NCBI GenBank assembly: GCA_964540715.1
Contig: CAZINZ010000001.1
Coordinates: 21,806-85,805 of the forward strand
Origin: an uncultured Syntrophaceae bacterium
Lineage (GTDB): Bacteria; Desulfobacterota; Syntrophia; Syntrophales; UBA2210
Reading direction: 5' to 3'
Length of the DNA stretch: 64,000 nucleotides
Shown: positions 62,536 to 64,000 of the stretch, piece after piece
Layout: each line of letters starts with the position of its first letter
Position numbering within the stretch: position 1 is the stretch's first letter
Notes under the pieces: generated by a model
What the model saw: only the letters and a program-made list of their open reading frames with translations
What the model was told of the DNA's origin: nothing
The model's database searches: none
Position numbers and translations under genes: made by a program

Positions 62536-64000
62536 ATGGGTAAAATTATAGGAATCGATTTAGGAACAACAAACTCGTGTGTCGCCGTAATGGAAGGAAG
62601 CGAGCCTAATGTCATAGCAAACCAGGAAGGGGGGAGGACTACTCCATCAGTGGTCGCTTTTACAGACAGTGGCGAACGCCTCGTTGGTCAGGTCGCCAAG
62701 AGACAGGCAGTCACCAATCCGGAAAATACCGTTTACGCGATGAAGAGGTTGATTGGCAGAAAGTTTTCGTCAGAGGAAGTCCAGTACGATATCACCATCA
62801 GCCCCTTCAAAATTACAAAGGCAGGAAACGGCGACGCCCAGATAAAGATAAGAGACAAGAGCTACAGCACTCCGGAGATATCTTCGATGATACTGGCAAA
62901 GATGAAACAAACCGCCGAAGATTACCTTGGAGAAAAGATTGACGACGCGGTAATTACAGTTCCAGCCTACTTCAATGATTCACAGAGACAGGCGACAAAG
63001 GATGCCGGGAAGGTCGCGGGATTGAACGTCCTTCGAATAATAAACGAGCCGACTGCAGCGGCGCTCTCTTACGGTCTCGACAAAAAAGGAGACGAGAAGA
63101 TAGCGGTATTCGATCTGGGCGGGGGAACCTTTGATATCTCTATCCTGGAGCTGGGTGGCGGCGTTTTTGAAGTCAAATCAACCAACGGCAACACCCACCT
63201 CGGCGGGGAAGACTTCGATCAGAAGTTGATAGACTATATAGCGGATGAATTCAAAAAGGACCAGGGAATCGATCTGAGAAGCGACAAGATGGCCCTCCAG
63301 CGCATCAAGGAAGCGGCGGAAAAGGCAAAAATGGAACTCTCATCATCCATGGAGACAGACATAAATCTACCTTTTGTCACGGCCGACGCATCCGGCCCCA
63401 AACACCTCAACATGAAACTCACCAGGGCCAAGCTGGAAATGCTCGTTTCAGACCTGATAGAAAAACTCGCAGCTCCATGCAAGGCAGCATTGAAGGACTC
63501 CGGACTGAGCACTTCAGACATTAACGAGGTCATCCTTGTCGGAGGCATGACACGTATGCCGCTAGTGCAGCAGAAGGTCAAAGAGATATTCGGCAAAGAA
63601 CCAAGCAAGGGTGTAAACCCGGATGAGGTGGTCGCAGTGGGAGCCGCCATCCAGGCCGGTGTGCTGGCCGGTGATGTGAAGGATGTTCTCCTTCTCGACG
63701 TAACCCCGTTGTCTCTCGGGATAGAGACATTGGGAGGTGTTATGACCAAGCTTATCGAAAAGAACACCACCATCCCGACGAAGAAGAGCCAGGTCTTCTC
63801 CACGGCCGCAGACAATCAGCCCGCGGTGAGTATCCACGTCCTCCAGGGAGAACGCTCCATGGCGCCGGACAACAGGACACTCGGAAGATTTGAACTTACA
63901 GGTATTCCACCTGCACCTCGGGGACTTCCACAAATCGACGTTTCCTTCGATATTGACGCGAATGGCATAGTGCATGTGTCCGCCAAGGATCTCGGCACCG
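62536..64000 (+). CDS. dnaK: molecular chaperone DnaK (5' part; continues beyond the window)
   Basis: Not in the ORF track because it has no stop in the window. Translation from the ATG at 62536 gives [21 protein letters not shown]...[20 protein letters not shown]...DLGGGTFD. Confidence 0.95.
   Translation, partial: MGKIIGIDLGTTNSCVAVMEGSEPNVIANQEGGRTTPSVVAFTDSGERLVGQVAKRQAVTNPENTVYAMKRLIGRKFSSEEVQYDITISPFKITKAGNGDAQIKIRDKSYSTPEISSMILAKMKQTAEDYLGEKIDDAVITVPAYFNDSQRQATKDAGKVAGLNVLRIINEPTAAALSYGLDKKGDEKIAVFDLGGGTFDISILELGGGVFEVKSTNGNTHLGGEDFDQKLIDYIADEFKKDQGIDLRSDKMALQRIKEAAEKAKMELSSSMETDINLPFVTADASGPKHLNMKLTRAKLEMLVSDLIEKLAAPCKAALKDSGLSTSDINEVILVGGMTRMPLVQQKVKEIFGKEPSKGVNPDEVVAVGAAIQAGVLAGDVKDVLLLDVTPLSLGIETLGGVMTKLIEKNTTIPTKKSQVFSTAADNQPAVSIHVLQGERSMAPDNRTLGRFELTGIPPAPRGLPQIDVSFDIDANGIVHVSAKDLGT

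Noticed and set aside
1-64000. Prophage, integrative element, toxin-antitoxin or defence island anywhere in the window
   Set aside because: No integrase, transposase, recombinase, reverse transcriptase, nuclease/helicase-type defence genes or small paired ORFs were found. tRNA-Val and tRNA-Phe are not followed by direct-repeat att-like copies that I could see. The only mobile-element-like feature is the 155-bp MITE-like unit.

Overview
This 64-kb window reads as core chromosome of an anaerobic Desulfobacterota-type (deltaproteobacterial sulfate-reducer or syntroph-like) organism. That assignment is an inference from gene content: AhbA/AhbB alternative haem genes, Hdr/Flx/Nfn flavin-based redox modules, atpZ-atpI-atpB, and deltaproteobacterial-style c subunits. 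Nearly all long ORFs can be assigned. On the minus strand unless noted: ptsI'-ptsH-EIID; a PxxKW Cys-rich protein (+); merR-ihfA-pheT-pheS-rplT-rpmI-infC-thrS-tRNA-Val; pgsA; and a 3-gene envelope module. Next come a Cache-only membrane protein plus an orphan ATP-synthase c subunit, a divergent sensor kinase/NtrC-type activator (+), and atpB-atpI-atpZ. Then ahbA/B, four nucleotide-sugar genes, hemL and the second ahb subunit; a second c-subunit paralog (+); arfB-like, NusG paralog and ribD; and rmlA/rmlC-like genes (+) split by a MITE-like element. A 12-kb redox supercluster follows: nfnB-nfnA, flxA-like, flxB-like, hdrB, hdrC, an FeS protein, mvhD and a 1480-aa HdrL-type fusion. The rest is engB, a ClC channel (+), tyrS-ymdB-rny, zapA-zapB, tRNA-Phe, a lipoprotein and csp (+), hemA, a ccsA-like gene, sirC, prmA-rsmE-RDD-rpsT (+), lptE-leuS, and gmhA-grpE-dnaK' (+). 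I found no transposase, integrase, CRISPR array, rRNA or recognisable defence genes. Two loci look most worth following. (1) The Fo operon is split by a two-component system, and the orphan c-subunit/Cache operon carries a good sigma-54 promoter and a palindromic enhancer-like site. (2) The HdrL-MvhD-FeS-HdrCB-FlxBA cluster abuts NfnAB, and HdrL contains an inserted NfnB-like module. Smaller items are a candidate structured RNA downstream of zapA, a probable AUA start for infC, a MITE-like insertion with target-site duplication, an intra-operon hairpin, and several short tandem repeats in promoter or 5'UTR regions. All functional calls come from reading the translations by eye. No database search was run.
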